From Escherichia coli (GTDB lineage Bacteria; Pseudomonadota; Gammaproteobacteria; Enterobacterales; Enterobacteriaceae): a stretch of 64,000 bases of DNA. Under the pieces are notes generated by a model. The model was given only the letters and a program-made list of their open reading frames with translations. It was not told the origin of the DNA and did no database searches. The translations under genes were made by a program, and so were the position numbers. Positions 22,165 through 32,406 of the stretch are shown here, in pieces (the first letter of the stretch is position 1; every line of letters begins with the position of its first letter). The stretch is taken from the NCBI RefSeq assembly GCF_024298765.1, contig NZ_CP101210.1; one strand, given 5' to 3'.

Positions 22165-23385
22165 ATGACACCAGGCGGACAAGCTCAGATAGGTAATGTT
22201 GATCTCGTAAAACAGCTTAACAGCGCGGCGGTTTATCGCCTGATTGACCAGTACGGGCCAATCTCGCGGATTCAGATTGCCGAGCAAAGCCAGCTTGCCC
22301 CCGCCAGCGTAACCAAAATTACGCGTCAGCTTATCGAACGCGGGTTGATCAAAGAAGTTGATCAGCAGGCCTCCACCGGGGGCCGCCGCGCTATCTCTAT
22401 TGTCACCGAAACCCGCAATTTCCACGCAATCGGCGTACGGCTTGGTCGTCACGACGCCACCATCACTTTGTTTGATCTCAGTAGCAAAGTGCTGGCAGAA
22501 GAACATTACCCGCTGCCGGAACGTACCCAGCAGACGCTGGAACATGCCCTGCTGAATGCCATTGCTCAGTTTATTGATAGCTACCAGCGCAAGCTGCGCG
22601 AGCTGATCGCCATTTCCGTGATCCTGCCAGGGCTTGTTGACCCGGACAGCGGCAAAATTCATTACATGCCGCATATTCAGGTAGAAAACTGGGGGCTGGT
22701 AGAAGCACTGGAAGAACGTTTTAAAGTGACCTGTTTCGTCGGTCACGATATCCGTAGTCTGGCGCTAGCGGAGCACTACTTCGGTGCAAGTCAGGATTGC
22801 GAAGACTCCATTCTGGTGCGTGTACATCGCGGAACCGGGGCCGGGATTATCTCTAACGGGCGCATTTTTATTGGCCGCAACGGTAACGTCGGTGAAATTG
22901 GCCATATTCAGGTCGAACCGCTGGGTGAACGCTGCCACTGTGGCAACTTTGGCTGCCTGGAAACTATCGCTGCCAACGCTGCCATTGAACAACGGGTGTT
23001 GAATCTGTTAAAGCAGGGCTACCAGAGCCGCGTGCCGCTGGACGACTGCACCATAAAAACTATCTGCAAAGCTGCGAACAAAGGCGATAGCCTGGCGTCG
23101 GAAGTGATTGAGTATGTCGGTCGTCATCTGGGCAAAACCATCGCCATTGCCATCAACCTGTTTAACCCGCAAAAAATTGTTATTGCCGGAGAAATCACCG
23201 AAGCCGATAAAGTGCTGCTCCCTGCTATTGAAAGCTGCATTAATACCCAGGCGCTGAAGGCGTTTCGCACTAATCTGCCGGTGGTACGTTCTGAGCTGGA
23301 TCACCGCTCGGCAATCGGCGCTTTTGCGCTGGTAAAACGCGCCATGCTCAACGGTATTTTGCTCCAGCATTTGCTGGAAAATTAA
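22165..23385 (+). CDS. nagC: ROK-family transcriptional repressor NagC
   Basis: 406 aa; N-terminal HTH followed by ROK sugar-kinase-like domain. Confidence 0.95.
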   Translation: MTPGGQAQIGNVDLVKQLNSAAVYRLIDQYGPISRIQIAEQSQLAPASVTKITRQLIERGLIKEVDQQASTGGRRAISIVTETRNFHAIGVRLGRHDATITLFDLSSKVLAEEHYPLPERTQQTLEHALLNAIAQFIDSYQRKLRELIAISVILPGLVDPDSGKIHYMPHIQVENWGLVEALEERFKVTCFVGHDIRSLALAEHYFGASQDCEDSILVRVHRGTGAGIISNGRIFIGRNGNVGEIGHIQVEPLGERCHCGNFGCLETIAANAAIEQRVLNLLKQGYQSRVPLDDCTIKTICKAANKGDSLASEVIEYVGRHLGKTIAIAINLFNPQKIVIAGEITEADKVLLPAIESCINTQALKAFRTNLPVVRSELDHRSAIGAFALVKRAMLNGILLQHLLEN

Positions 23386-23432
23386 TGTGCTTTTATAGTG
23401 GCGCTTATTGTTGTCAATATTCTGGGTAGTCC

Positions 23433-24185
23433 ATGACCATTAAAAATGTAATTTGCGATATCGACGGCGTGCTGATGCACGATAACGTCGCCGTACCGGG
23501 TGCAGCGGAATTTTTGCACGGGATTATGGATAAAGGCCTGCCGCTGGTGTTGCTGACCAACTATCCTTCGCAGACCGGGCAAGATCTGGCGAATCGCTTT
23601 GCCACTGCCGGTGTCGATGTACCGGATAGCGTGTTTTATACCTCCGCGATGGCGACCGCCGATTTCCTGCGTCGCCAGGAAGGCAAGAAAGCATATGTGG
23701 TGGGCGAAGGCGCACTGATTCATGAACTGTACAAAGCCGGTTTCACTATTACCGATGTGAACCCTGATTTTGTGATTGTTGGCGAAACGCGTTCCTACAA
23801 CTGGGACATGATGCATAAAGCAGCCTATTTCGTCGCTAACGGTGCACGCTTTATCGCCACCAACCCGGACACCCACGGGCGCGGTTTTTATCCGGCCTGT
23901 GGCGCGTTGTGTGCAGGGATCGAGAAAATCTCCGGGCGCAAACCGTTCTATGTTGGAAAGCCGAGTCCGTGGATCATCCGCGCGGCATTAAACAAAATGC
24001 AGGCGCATTCGGAAGAAACGGTGATTGTCGGCGATAACTTGCGTACCGATATTCTGGCGGGCTTCCAGGCCGGTCTGGAGACGATTCTGGTGCTTTCTGG
24101 TGTTTCGTCACTCGACGATATCGACAGTATGCCGTTCCGCCCAAGCTGGATTTACCCGTCGGTCGCTGAAATCGACGTTATCTGA
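23433..24185 (+). CDS. umpH: HAD-family UMP phosphatase NagD (UmpH)
   Basis: 250 aa; HAD motif I DIDGV. Confidence 0.9.
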   Translation: MTIKNVICDIDGVLMHDNVAVPGAAEFLHGIMDKGLPLVLLTNYPSQTGQDLANRFATAGVDVPDSVFYTSAMATADFLRRQEGKKAYVVGEGALIHELYKAGFTITDVNPDFVIVGETRSYNWDMMHKAAYFVANGARFIATNPDTHGRGFYPACGALCAGIEKISGRKPFYVGKPSPWIIRAALNKMQAHSEETVIVGDNLRTDILAGFQAGLETILVLSGVSSLDDIDSMPFRPSWIYPSVAEIDVI

Positions 24186-24224
24186 ATAGCAACCACGTCT
24201 GCGGACGTGGTTGGCTCTGATGAC

Positions 24225-24335
24225 AAGCGCCAAACTGCCTGATGCGCTACGCTTATCAGGCCTACGCAGCTCCTGCAATATATCGAATTTTCATGCTTTT
24301 GTAGGCCGGATAAGGCGTTCACGCCGCATCCGGCA
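24225..24335. repeat. REP/BIME cluster
   Basis: gcctgatgcgctacgcttatcaggcctac ... ggccggataaggcgttcacgccgcatccggca. Confidence 0.6.
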
Positions 24336-24581
24336 TGAACAAATCGCACTTTGTCAGCAATTTGGCTCCCGTAAAATACAACCATTCAATAAAACCCGCT
24401 AAAAATTATCGATTCATCAATAATTACATCCTCACACCAGACCTTTTTTCATCAATCGACAATCACCATTACGTTTTTTATTTTTTCACCGCCAAATCGC
24501 TTGCGCACAGTGCTGCTTTGCGGCATTTTTTTAAACAAGCAAACACAACAAGCAACAAATACCAGGTTAACGGAGAAGGTT

Positions 24582-26246
24582 ATGTGTTCAATTTTTGGCG
24601 TATTCGATATCAAAACAGACGCAGTTGAGCTGCGCAAGAAAGCACTCGAGCTGTCACGCCTGATGCGTCATCGTGGCCCGGACTGGTCCGGTATTTATGC
24701 CAGCGATAACGCCATTCTCGCCCACGAACGTCTGTCCATTGTTGACGTTAACGCGGGGGCGCAACCTCTCTACAACCAACAAAAAACCCACGTGCTGGCA
24801 GTAAACGGTGAAATCTACAACCACCAGGCATTGCGCGCTGAATATGGCGATCGTTACCAGTTCCAGACCGGGTCTGACTGTGAAGTGATCCTCGCGCTGT
24901 ATCAGGAAAAAGGGCCGGAATTTCTCGACGACTTGCAGGGCATGTTTGCCTTTGCCCTGTACGACAGCGAAAAAGATGCCTACCTGATTGGTCGCGACCA
25001 TCTGGGGATCATCCCACTGTATATGGGCTATGACGAACATGGTCAGCTGTATGTGGCCTCAGAAATGAAAGCCCTGGTGCCGGTATGCCGCACGATTAAA
25101 GAGTTCCCGGCGGGGAGCTATTTGTGGAGTCAGGACGGCGAGATCCGTTCTTATTATCACCGCGACTGGTTCGACTACGATGCGGTGAAAGATAACGTGA
25201 CCGACAAAAACGAGCTGCGTCAGGCACTGGAAGAATCCGTTAAAAGCCATCTGATGTCTGATGTGCCTTACGGTGTGCTGCTATCTGGTGGCCTGGATTC
25301 CTCAATTATTTCCGCTATCACCAAGAAATACGCAGCCCGTCGCGTGGAAGATCAGGAACGCTCTGAAGCCTGGTGGCCGCAGCTGCACTCCTTTGCTGTA
25401 GGTCTGCCGGGTTCACCGGATCTGAAGGCAGCCCAGGAAGTGGCAAACCATCTGGGCACTGTGCATCATGAAATTCACTTCACTGTACAGGAAGGTCTGG
25501 ACGCCATCCGCGACGTGATTTACCACATCGAAACCTATGACGTGACGACAATCCGCGCTTCAACACCGATGTATTTAATGTCGCGTAAGATCAAGGCGAT
25601 GGGCATTAAAATGGTGCTGTCCGGTGAAGGATCTGATGAAGTGTTTGGCGGTTATCTATACTTCCACAAAGCGCCGAATGCCAAAGAACTGCATGAAGAG
25701 ACGGTGCGTAAACTGCTGGCCCTGCATATGTATGACTGCGCGCGTGCCAACAAAGCGATGTCAGCCTGGGGCGTGGAAGCACGCGTTCCGTTCCTCGACA
25801 AAAAATTCCTCGACGTGGCGATGCGCATTAACCCACAGGATAAAATGTGCGGTAACGGCAAAATGGAAAAACACATCCTGCGTGAATGTTTTGAAGCGTA
25901 TCTGCCCGCAAGCGTGGCCTGGCGGCAGAAAGAGCAGTTCTCCGATGGCGTCGGTTACAGTTGGATCGACACCCTGAAAGAAGTGGCGGCGCAGCAGGTT
26001 TCTGATCAACAGCTGGAAACTGCCCGCTTCCGCTTCCCGTACAACACGCCGACGTCCAAAGAAGCGTATCTGTACCGCGAGATCTTTGAAGAACTGTTCC
26101 CGCTTCCGAGCGCCGCTGAGTGCGTGCCGGGCGGTCCTTCCGTCGCGTGTTCTTCCGCTAAAGCGATCGAATGGGATGAAGCGTTCAAAAAAATGGACGA
26201 TCCATCTGGTCGTGCGGTTGGTGTTCACCAGTCGGCGTATAAGTAA
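24582..26246 (+). CDS. asnB: Asparagine synthetase B (554 aa)
   Basis: N-terminal MCSIFG with catalytic Cys2; start chosen at the internal ATG rather than the extended ORF. Confidence 0.95.
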   Translation: MCSIFGVFDIKTDAVELRKKALELSRLMRHRGPDWSGIYASDNAILAHERLSIVDVNAGAQPLYNQQKTHVLAVNGEIYNHQALRAEYGDRYQFQTGSDCEVILALYQEKGPEFLDDLQGMFAFALYDSEKDAYLIGRDHLGIIPLYMGYDEHGQLYVASEMKALVPVCRTIKEFPAGSYLWSQDGEIRSYYHRDWFDYDAVKDNVTDKNELRQALEESVKSHLMSDVPYGVLLSGGLDSSIISAITKKYAARRVEDQERSEAWWPQLHSFAVGLPGSPDLKAAQEVANHLGTVHHEIHFTVQEGLDAIRDVIYHIETYDVTTIRASTPMYLMSRKIKAMGIKMVLSGEGSDEVFGGYLYFHKAPNAKELHEETVRKLLALHMYDCARANKAMSAWGVEARVPFLDKKFLDVAMRINPQDKMCGNGKMEKHILRECFEAYLPASVAWRQKEQFSDGVGYSWIDTLKEVAAQQVSDQQLETARFRFPYNTPTSKEAYLYREIFEELFPLPSAAECVPGGPSVACSSAKAIEWDEAFKKMDDPSGRAVGVHQSAYK

Positions 26247-26254
26247 GAAATGCG

Positions 26255-26287
26255 AAACAGCCCCGGTAAAATCCGGGGCTGTTTCAG
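26255..26287. terminator. Bidirectional terminator between asnB and the convergent 145-aa ORF
   Basis: Hairpin cagccccgg-taaaat-ccggggctg flanked by A and T runs. Confidence 0.65.
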
Positions 26288-26725
26288 TTATTGAGGTGCT
26301 TGTTGATTCTGATATGCAGTAAGGAAATGTTCCGGGTTTGCCACATCACTGTTTGACAACTCATCACTGTAGGCCACCGACCAGGTCGCCTGCTCATTCG
26401 GAATATGCAGGCTGCCATTCCCCTCTTTCAGGCGTAATAACTCAAAAGATTTGCCCTTAATTACGGCGGTATAGGATTTTTCACCTTCCTGTAATGCTTT
26501 CACTTTACAGCGAAAAATCTGGCCATCGATGTCATTATCAACATGCGATACCTGAATGAGGGCTTCATTAGAGGCTTTCGGCCCTATCCGCATCATCCAC
26601 ACCACAGCGCCTTCCTGCCCACGATAGCCAAAAACATATTTACCGATTTCCGGTTTGACCGTATCGGCAAACGCAGATTGCATAAGTAATAACGCACCCA
26701 TCAGCGCCGTCATAAAACGCAGCAT
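26288..26725 (-). CDS. Hypothetical secreted protein (145 aa) with N-terminal signal peptide
   Basis: Clean ORF with its own intergenic space and a signal peptide ending ...MQSAFA; function not recognised. Confidence 0.6.
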   Translation of the reverse strand: MLRFMTALMGALLLMQSAFADTVKPEIGKYVFGYRGQEGAVVWMMRIGPKASNEALIQVSHVDNDIDGQIFRCKVKALQEGEKSYTAVIKGKSFELLRLKEGNGSLHIPNEQATWSVAYSDELSNSDVANPEHFLTAYQNQQAPQ

Positions 26726-26988
26726 AGTATTCCCTCAATAAATCGCCTGAAGTGGTAGCAGAGATGCAGGCGTAGCGATCCCTGCCCTGTCCTGTTGCAA
26801 CGGGCCAGTATTTCATAGATTAATTTCCCACCACTATTGTAGAATTCCGAATTTCATCCTGTATGACAAAAGAATGGCTGTAGGGTGGGGAAAAAACACA
26901 AAGTAAACAATAATTGACGAATATAGCGCCATGCTGTTCGCAACCTAACCAAACAGTCACTTTCGAGCAATTTTCCTTGAAAAAGAGG

Positions 26989-27017
26989 TTGACGCTGCAA
27001 GGCTCTATACGCATAAT
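26989..27017 (+). promoter_or_regulatory. Sigma70 promoter of the tRNA operon
   Basis: -35 ttgacg, 17-bp spacer, -10 cataat, then GC-rich discriminator gcgcccc typical of stable-RNA promoters. Confidence 0.55.
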
Positions 27018-27056
27018 GCGCCCCGCAACGCCGATAAGGTATCGCGAAAAAAAGAT

Positions 27057-27133
27057 GGCTACGTAGCTCAGTTGGTTAGAGCACATCACTCATAATGATG
27101 GGGTCACAGGTTCGAATCCCGTCGTAGCCACCA
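27057..27133 (+). tRNA. metT: tRNA-Met (elongator, anticodon CAT)
   Basis: 77-nt cloverleaf ggctacgtagctcagttggttagagc...cat..ggttcgaatcc...cca. Confidence 0.95.
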
Positions 27134-27142
27134 TCTTTTTTT

Positions 27143-27227
27143 GCGGGAGTGGCGAAATTGGTAGACGCACCAGATTTAGGTTCTGGCGCCGCAAGGTGTG
27201 CGAGTTCAAGTCTCGCCTCCCGCACCA
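27143..27227 (+). tRNA. leuW: tRNA-Leu (anticodon TAG, long variable arm)
   Basis: 85-nt type II tRNA gcgggagtggcgaaattggtagacgc...tttaggt... Confidence 0.9.
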
Positions 27228-27250
27228 TTCACCAGAAAGCGTTGTACGGA

Positions 27251-27325
27251 TGGGGTATCGCCAAGCGGTAAGGCACCGGTTTTTGATACCGGCATTCCCT
27301 GGTTCAAATCCAGGTACCCCAGCCA
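27251..27325 (+). tRNA. glnU: tRNA-Gln (anticodon TTG)
   Basis: 75 nt; anticodon loop ttttgat; T-loop ttcaaat differs by one base from the next copy. Confidence 0.9.
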
Positions 27326-27359
27326 TCTTCTTCGAGTAAGCGGTTCACCGCCCGGTTAT

Positions 27360-27434
27360 TGGGGTATCGCCAAGCGGTAAGGCACCGGTTTTTGATACCG
27401 GCATTCCCTGGTTCGAATCCAGGTACCCCAGCCA
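27360..27434 (+). tRNA. glnW: tRNA-Gln (anticodon TTG)
   Basis: 75 nt; near-identical to the previous copy, with T-loop ttcgaat. Confidence 0.9.
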
Positions 27435-27449
27435 TCGAAGAAACAATCT

Positions 27450-27526
27450 GGCTACGTAGCTCAGTTGGTTAGAGCACATCACTCATAATGATGGGGTCAC
27501 AGGTTCGAATCCCGTCGTAGCCACCA
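27450..27526 (+). tRNA. metU: tRNA-Met (elongator, anticodon CAT)
   Basis: 77 nt; identical to the first tRNA-Met. Confidence 0.95.
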
Positions 27527-27574
27527 AATTCTGAATGTGTCGAATATGTTCGGCAAATTCAAAAACCAATTTGT

Positions 27575-27649
27575 TGGGGTATCGCCAAGCGGTAAGGCAC
27601 CGGATTCTGATTCCGGCATTCCGAGGTTCGAATCCTCGTACCCCAGCCA
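27575..27649 (+). tRNA. glnV: tRNA-Gln (anticodon CTG)
   Basis: 75 nt; anticodon loop attctga. Confidence 0.9.
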
Positions 27650-27686
27650 CTTTATTCAAGACGCTTACATCGTAAGTGCACCCAGT

Positions 27687-27761
27687 TGGGGTATCGCCAA
27701 GCGGTAAGGCACCGGATTCTGATTCCGGCATTCCGAGGTTCGAATCCTCGTACCCCAGCCA
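27687..27761 (+). tRNA. glnX: tRNA-Gln (anticodon CTG)
   Basis: 75 nt; identical to the previous CTG copy. Confidence 0.9.
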
Positions 27762-27765
27762 CATT

Positions 27766-27796
27766 AAAAAAGCTCGCTTCGGCGAGCTTTTTGCTT
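27766..27796 (+). terminator. Rho-independent terminator of the tRNA operon
   Basis: Hairpin aagctcgc-ttcg-gcgagctt followed by a T-run. Confidence 0.7.
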
Positions 27797-27804
27797 TTCT
27801 GCGT

Positions 27805-27905
27805 ATATTCAATGCCGAATGTGATGCTGACACGTCTTATCCTTCAAAGTCGGATGCGACGCTGGCGCGTCTTATCCGACCTACGGTTGGCATGCTTCCG
27901 GCAAT
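27805..27905. repeat. REP elements
   Basis: gtcggatgcgacgctggcgcgtcttatccgacctac and related units. Confidence 0.55.
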
Positions 27906-27914
27906 GTTGTAAGG

Positions 27915-29090
27915 CTACAACCCTAACGCATACTTCAGCGCCTGACGTTTCAACACGCCAGCACGCTCCGCCGCCATCAAACCAAGATTACGCACAAAAC
28001 GCAGCGGCGGCAGATTATTACTGAATCCGGCATAAAACAGATCCATACCACTTTGCATAATGAAGTTATCCGCCATGCGCCGCATCTGGTAACGCTTGAG
28101 GATCGGATAACTGGCCCACGCTTCGCCGTAGCTGCGGGCGTTGACCAGAACATCAATTAGGGCATCGACATCACGATAACCAAGATTCACCCCCTGCCCC
28201 GCCAGCGGATGGATGGTATGCGCGGCATCGCCCACCAGCGCAAGCCCCGGCTGCACATACTGCAACGCATGTCGGCGCGTCAGCGGAAACGCACCAGCGG
28301 CAAGCGGTGTCACGTAACCCAGACACGACGGGAAATGCTTCGCGATTTCCGTCTGGAGCTGCGTCATATTCATATTCTGCAACTGGCGAATACGCGCCGG
28401 AGAGTCATACCACACCAGCGATGCCCAGTTATCAAACAACGGCAGAAACGCACGCGGTCCGTCCGGAGTAAATTGCTGCCAGGTGCTATCGCCGGGATCG
28501 TTCTCGCACTGGACGCTAATCAACATGCACGACTGCGCATACTGCCAGGCATGAACGCCAATTCCCGCTATCTGCCGCACCTGCGAATTTGCGCCATCGG
28601 CACCAATCACCAGCTTCGCGCGGATCGTTTCACCGCCCTTCAGTTCCAGCTCCTGAAGATCATTATGGCGATGCAGCGCAATCAGCGAGCCTGGCACACG
28701 TAACGTTACTTTCGGATGCGCTTCCAGCGCCTGCCACAGCGCCTGTTGCAGGACAGTGTTTTCCACCATGTAGCCAAGCAACGGTAGCTTAAGTTCAGCG
28801 GCGTCAAACACCACATGCGCCGTTTCCCACTCCCACGTTTCCAGTCTGCGGTAAGGATGGCAACGCATAGCCTGTACTGCATCCCAGACCCCTAACCCTT
28901 TAAGCAATGATACCGAAGCCGCACTAATCGCCGAGATCCGCACGTCCGGCTGGCTGTCAGCGACAAACGGTGCAGGTTGGGCATGTTCGATAACCATTAC
29001 CGAAAATCCGTGCTGAGCCAGTCCCAGCGCCAGTGCGCCGCCGACCATTCCTCCGCCGACAATGGCAATTTCCGTTGGTTGATTTGTCAT
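27915..29090 (-). CDS. ubiF: FAD-dependent ubiquinone biosynthesis hydroxylase UbiF (391 aa)
   Basis: Rossmann GGGMVGG motif near the N-terminus. Confidence 0.9.
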   Translation of the reverse strand: MTNQPTEIAIVGGGMVGGALALGLAQHGFSVMVIEHAQPAPFVADSQPDVRISAISAASVSLLKGLGVWDAVQAMRCHPYRRLETWEWETAHVVFDAAELKLPLLGYMVENTVLQQALWQALEAHPKVTLRVPGSLIALHRHNDLQELELKGGETIRAKLVIGADGANSQVRQIAGIGVHAWQYAQSCMLISVQCENDPGDSTWQQFTPDGPRAFLPLFDNWASLVWYDSPARIRQLQNMNMTQLQTEIAKHFPSCLGYVTPLAAGAFPLTRRHALQYVQPGLALVGDAAHTIHPLAGQGVNLGYRDVDALIDVLVNARSYGEAWASYPILKRYQMRRMADNFIMQSGMDLFYAGFSNNLPPLRFVRNLGLMAAERAGVLKRQALKYALGL

Positions 29091-29235
29091 GGTCAATCAT
29101 CCTGTTAGCAATATGCTTTAAGTTTACAGGATTTTTACCCCCAAGGGCTGATAACGCTCATACTGGTCACAACGGCAGCAAAGCATTACACTATGCGCCC
29201 TGCATTCCTGGCTACTATTTCGCAAGAGCAAGTCG

Positions 29236-30660
29236 ATGACCAAAAAACTCCATATTAAAACCTGGGGCTGTCAGATGAACGAGTACGATTCATCGAAGAT
29301 GGCCGATCTGCTGGATGCCACCCACGGCTATCAACTGACCGATGTGGCGGAAGAAGCGGATGTGCTGCTGCTGAACACCTGCTCAATCCGCGAGAAGGCT
29401 CAGGAAAAAGTCTTCCATCAGTTGGGTCGCTGGAAACTGTTAAAAGAGAAGAATCCAGACCTGATTATCGGCGTCGGCGGCTGCGTGGCATCGCAAGAAG
29501 GCGAGCACATTCGCCAGCGCGCCCACTATGTCGATATTATTTTTGGGCCGCAAACGCTGCACCGTCTGCCGGAGATGATCAACTCCGTGCGCGGCGACCG
29601 CAGCCCGGTTGTAGATATCAGCTTCCCGGAAATCGAGAAGTTTGACCGTCTGCCGGAACCGCGCGCCGAAGGGCCGACCGCGTTTGTCTCCATCATGGAA
29701 GGCTGCAATAAATATTGCACCTACTGCGTAGTGCCTTACACCCGTGGTGAAGAGGTAAGCCGTCCGTCCGACGATATTCTGTTTGAAATTGCCCAGCTTG
29801 CGGCTCAGGGCGTGCGTGAAGTCAACCTGCTCGGTCAGAACGTGAACGCCTGGCGTGGTGAGAACTACGACGGCACCACCGGATCGTTTGCCGACCTGCT
29901 GCGTCTGGTTGCGGCGATCGACGGGATCGATCGTATTCGCTTTACCACCAGCCATCCGATCGAATTCACCGACGATATCATCGAAGTGTACCGCGACACG
30001 CCGGAGCTGGTGAGTTTCCTGCATCTGCCGGTACAGAGCGGTTCCGATCGCATTCTGAACCTGATGGGACGTACCCATACAGCGCTGGAGTACAAAGCGA
30101 TCATCCGTAAACTGCGTGCGGCGCGTCCGGATATTCAGATCAGTTCTGACTTCATCGTTGGCTTCCCTGGCGAAACCACCGAAGACTTCGAGAAAACGAT
30201 GAAGCTGATTGCCGACGTCAATTTCGACATGAGCTACAGCTTTATCTTCTCCGCTCGTCCAGGTACACCAGCCGCCGATATGGTTGATGATGTTCCGGAA
30301 GAAGAGAAGAAGCAGCGCCTGTATATTCTACAAGAACGTATCAATCAGCAAGCAATGGCATGGAGCCGCCGGATGCTCGGTACCACCCAGCGTATTCTGG
30401 TAGAAGGTACATCGCGTAAGAGCATCATGGAGCTTTCCGGCCGTACTGAAAATAACCGCGTCGTCAACTTCGAAGGTACGCCGGATATGATCGGTAAATT
30501 CGTCGATGTAGAAATTACCGACGTCTACCCGAACTCTCTGCGCGGTAAAGTGGTGCGAACTGAAGATGAAATGGGTCTGCGCGTGGCAGAAACACCGGAA
30601 TCGGTGATTGCCCGTACCCGCAAAGAAAACGACCTTGGCGTGGGTTATTATCAGCCGTAA
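29236..30660 (+). CDS. miaB: tRNA-i6A37 methylthiotransferase MiaB
   Basis: 474 aa; radical-SAM CxxxCxxC (CNKYCTYC) plus N-terminal MTTase and TRAM domains. Confidence 0.95.
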
Positions 30661-30663
30661 TAC

Positions 30664-30697
30664 TCAGGCCCGCCGTTCCGGTGGGCCTTGTTTTTTC
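30664..30697 (+). terminator. Terminator after miaB
   Basis: Hairpin ggcccgccgttccggtgggcc followed by a T-run. Confidence 0.55.
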
Positions 30698-30812
30698 TCT
30701 CTTTATCCCCATCTTTATCGCAATGCTTGCGCCTTTTTCCTGTGGCGTGAATAATTTCCTTATAGGCCGGTGAATGTTCAGCTTCCGGCGGCATACAGAT
30801 AAGAGGAACGGT

Positions 30813-31853
30813 TTGAACATAGACACTCGCGAAATCACCCTGGAGCCAGCAGACAACGCGCGTCTGTTGAGCCTGTGCGGCCCGTTTGATGACAACATCA
30901 AACAACTCGAACGCCGTCTCGGCATCGAGATCAATCGCCGCGATAACCACTTTAAACTGACCGGCCGTCCGATTTGCGTCACCGCTGCGGCAGACATTCT
31001 GCGTAGCCTGTATGTCGATACCGCCCCGATGCGCGGTCAGATTCAGGATATCGAACCGGAACAGATCCACCTTGCGATTAAAGAAGCGCGGGTACTGGAG
31101 CAAAGCGCGGAGAGCGTGCCGGAGTACGGCAAAGCGGTCAATATCAAAACCAAACGCGGCGTAATTAAGCCGCGCACGCCAAACCAGGCGCAGTACATCG
31201 CCAATATTCTCGACCATGACATTACCTTCGGCGTTGGCCCGGCGGGTACGGGTAAAACCTACCTGGCAGTGGCTGCGGCAGTTGATGCCCTGGAGCGTCA
31301 GGAAATTCGCCGTATTCTGCTGACTCGTCCGGCAGTAGAAGCCGGTGAGAAACTGGGCTTCCTGCCTGGCGATTTAAGCCAGAAAGTAGACCCGTATCTG
31401 CGCCCGCTGTACGACGCGCTGTTTGAAATGCTGGGCTTTGAGAAAGTCGAGAAACTGATTGAGCGCAACGTTATTGAAGTCGCACCGCTGGCCTATATGC
31501 GTGGTCGTACGCTGAACGACGCGTTTATCATTCTTGATGAGAGCCAGAACACCACCATCGAACAGATGAAGATGTTCCTGACCCGTATCGGTTTTAACTC
31601 AAAAGCGGTTATCACCGGCGACGTCACACAGATCGACCTGCCGCGTAATACCAAGTCTGGTTTGCGTCATGCCATCGAAGTACTGGCTGATGTCGAAGAG
31701 ATCAGCTTTAACTTCTTCCACAGCGAAGACGTGGTTCGTCACCCGGTGGTGGCGCGTATCGTTAACGCCTATGAAGCCTGGGAAGAAGCCGAACAAAAAC
31801 GTAAAGCGGCGCTGGCAGCAGAACGCAAGCGCGAAGAACAGGAACAAAAATGA
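30813..31853 (+). CDS. ybeZ: PhoH-like ATPase YbeZ (TTG start, 346 aa)
   Basis: Walker A GPAGTGKT; start placed at TTG preceded by RBS aagagga (protein begins [10 protein letters not shown]). Confidence 0.85.
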   Translation: MNIDTREITLEPADNARLLSLCGPFDDNIKQLERRLGIEINRRDNHFKLTGRPICVTAAADILRSLYVDTAPMRGQIQDIEPEQIHLAIKEARVLEQSAESVPEYGKAVNIKTKRGVIKPRTPNQAQYIANILDHDITFGVGPAGTGKTYLAVAAAVDALERQEIRRILLTRPAVEAGEKLGFLPGDLSQKVDPYLRPLYDALFEMLGFEKVEKLIERNVIEVAPLAYMRGRTLNDAFIILDESQNTTIEQMKMFLTRIGFNSKAVITGDVTQIDLPRNTKSGLRHAIEVLADVEEISFNFFHSEDVVRHPVVARIVNAYEAWEEAEQKRKAALAAERKREEQEQK

Positions 31854-32317
31854 GTCAGGTGATCCTCGATTTACAACTGGCATGTGAAGATAATTCCGGG
31901 TTACCGGAAGAGAGCCAGTTTCAGACATGGCTGAATGCGGTGATCCCGCAGTTTCAGGAAGAATCGGAAGTGACTATTCGCGTGGTCGATACCGCCGAAA
32001 GCCACAGTCTGAATCTGACCTATCGCGGTAAGGATAAGCCGACCAACGTGCTCTCCTTCCCGTTTGAAGTACCGCCTGGCATGGAAATGTCGCTACTGGG
32101 CGATCTGGTTATCTGCCGTCAGGTGGTTGAGAAGGAAGCTCAGGAGCAAGGCAAACCACTGGAGGCGCACTGGGCGCATATGGTGGTGCACGGCAGTCTG
32201 CATTTGTTAGGTTACGATCACATCGAAGATGACGAAGCAGAAGAAATGGAAGCCATCGAAACAGAGATTATGCTTGCTCTGGGCTATGAGGATCCGTACA
32301 TTGCCGAGAAAGAATAA
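31850..32317 (+). CDS. ybeY: rRNA maturation endoribonuclease YbeY
   Basis: 155 aa; metal-binding H-x-x-x-H-x-x-x-x-x-H motif ([11 protein letters not shown]); 4-bp overlap with ybeZ. Confidence 0.95.
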   Translation: MSQVILDLQLACEDNSGLPEESQFQTWLNAVIPQFQEESEVTIRVVDTAESHSLNLTYRGKDKPTNVLSFPFEVPPGMEMSLLGDLVICRQVVEKEAQEQGKPLEAHWAHMVVHGSLHLLGYDHIEDDEAEEMEAIETEIMLALGYEDPYIAEKE

Positions 32318-32406
32318 TTTGCCAGGCATTTGACTGGCAGACGTCCCCGCCGTTGGTGATTAACGACGGCGTTTTGATTAACTAACATGAGAACCCATAC
32401 GACGCC

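Noticed and set aside
24190-24215. Terminator after nagD (hairpin aaccacgtc...gacgtggtt)
   Set aside because: Hairpin is present but has no following T-run; it may be part of the adjacent REP cluster, so it is not called as an intrinsic terminator
27090-27833. ORF-track ORFs overlapping the tRNA genes
   Set aside because: The region is occupied by seven canonical tRNA genes; the ORFs are translation artefacts of the tRNA sequences
26726-27900. Possible integrative island or prophage at the tRNA cluster
   Set aside because: No integrase, no duplicated tRNA 3' end acting as attL/attR, and no phage-like genes; flanking genes are contiguous core genes
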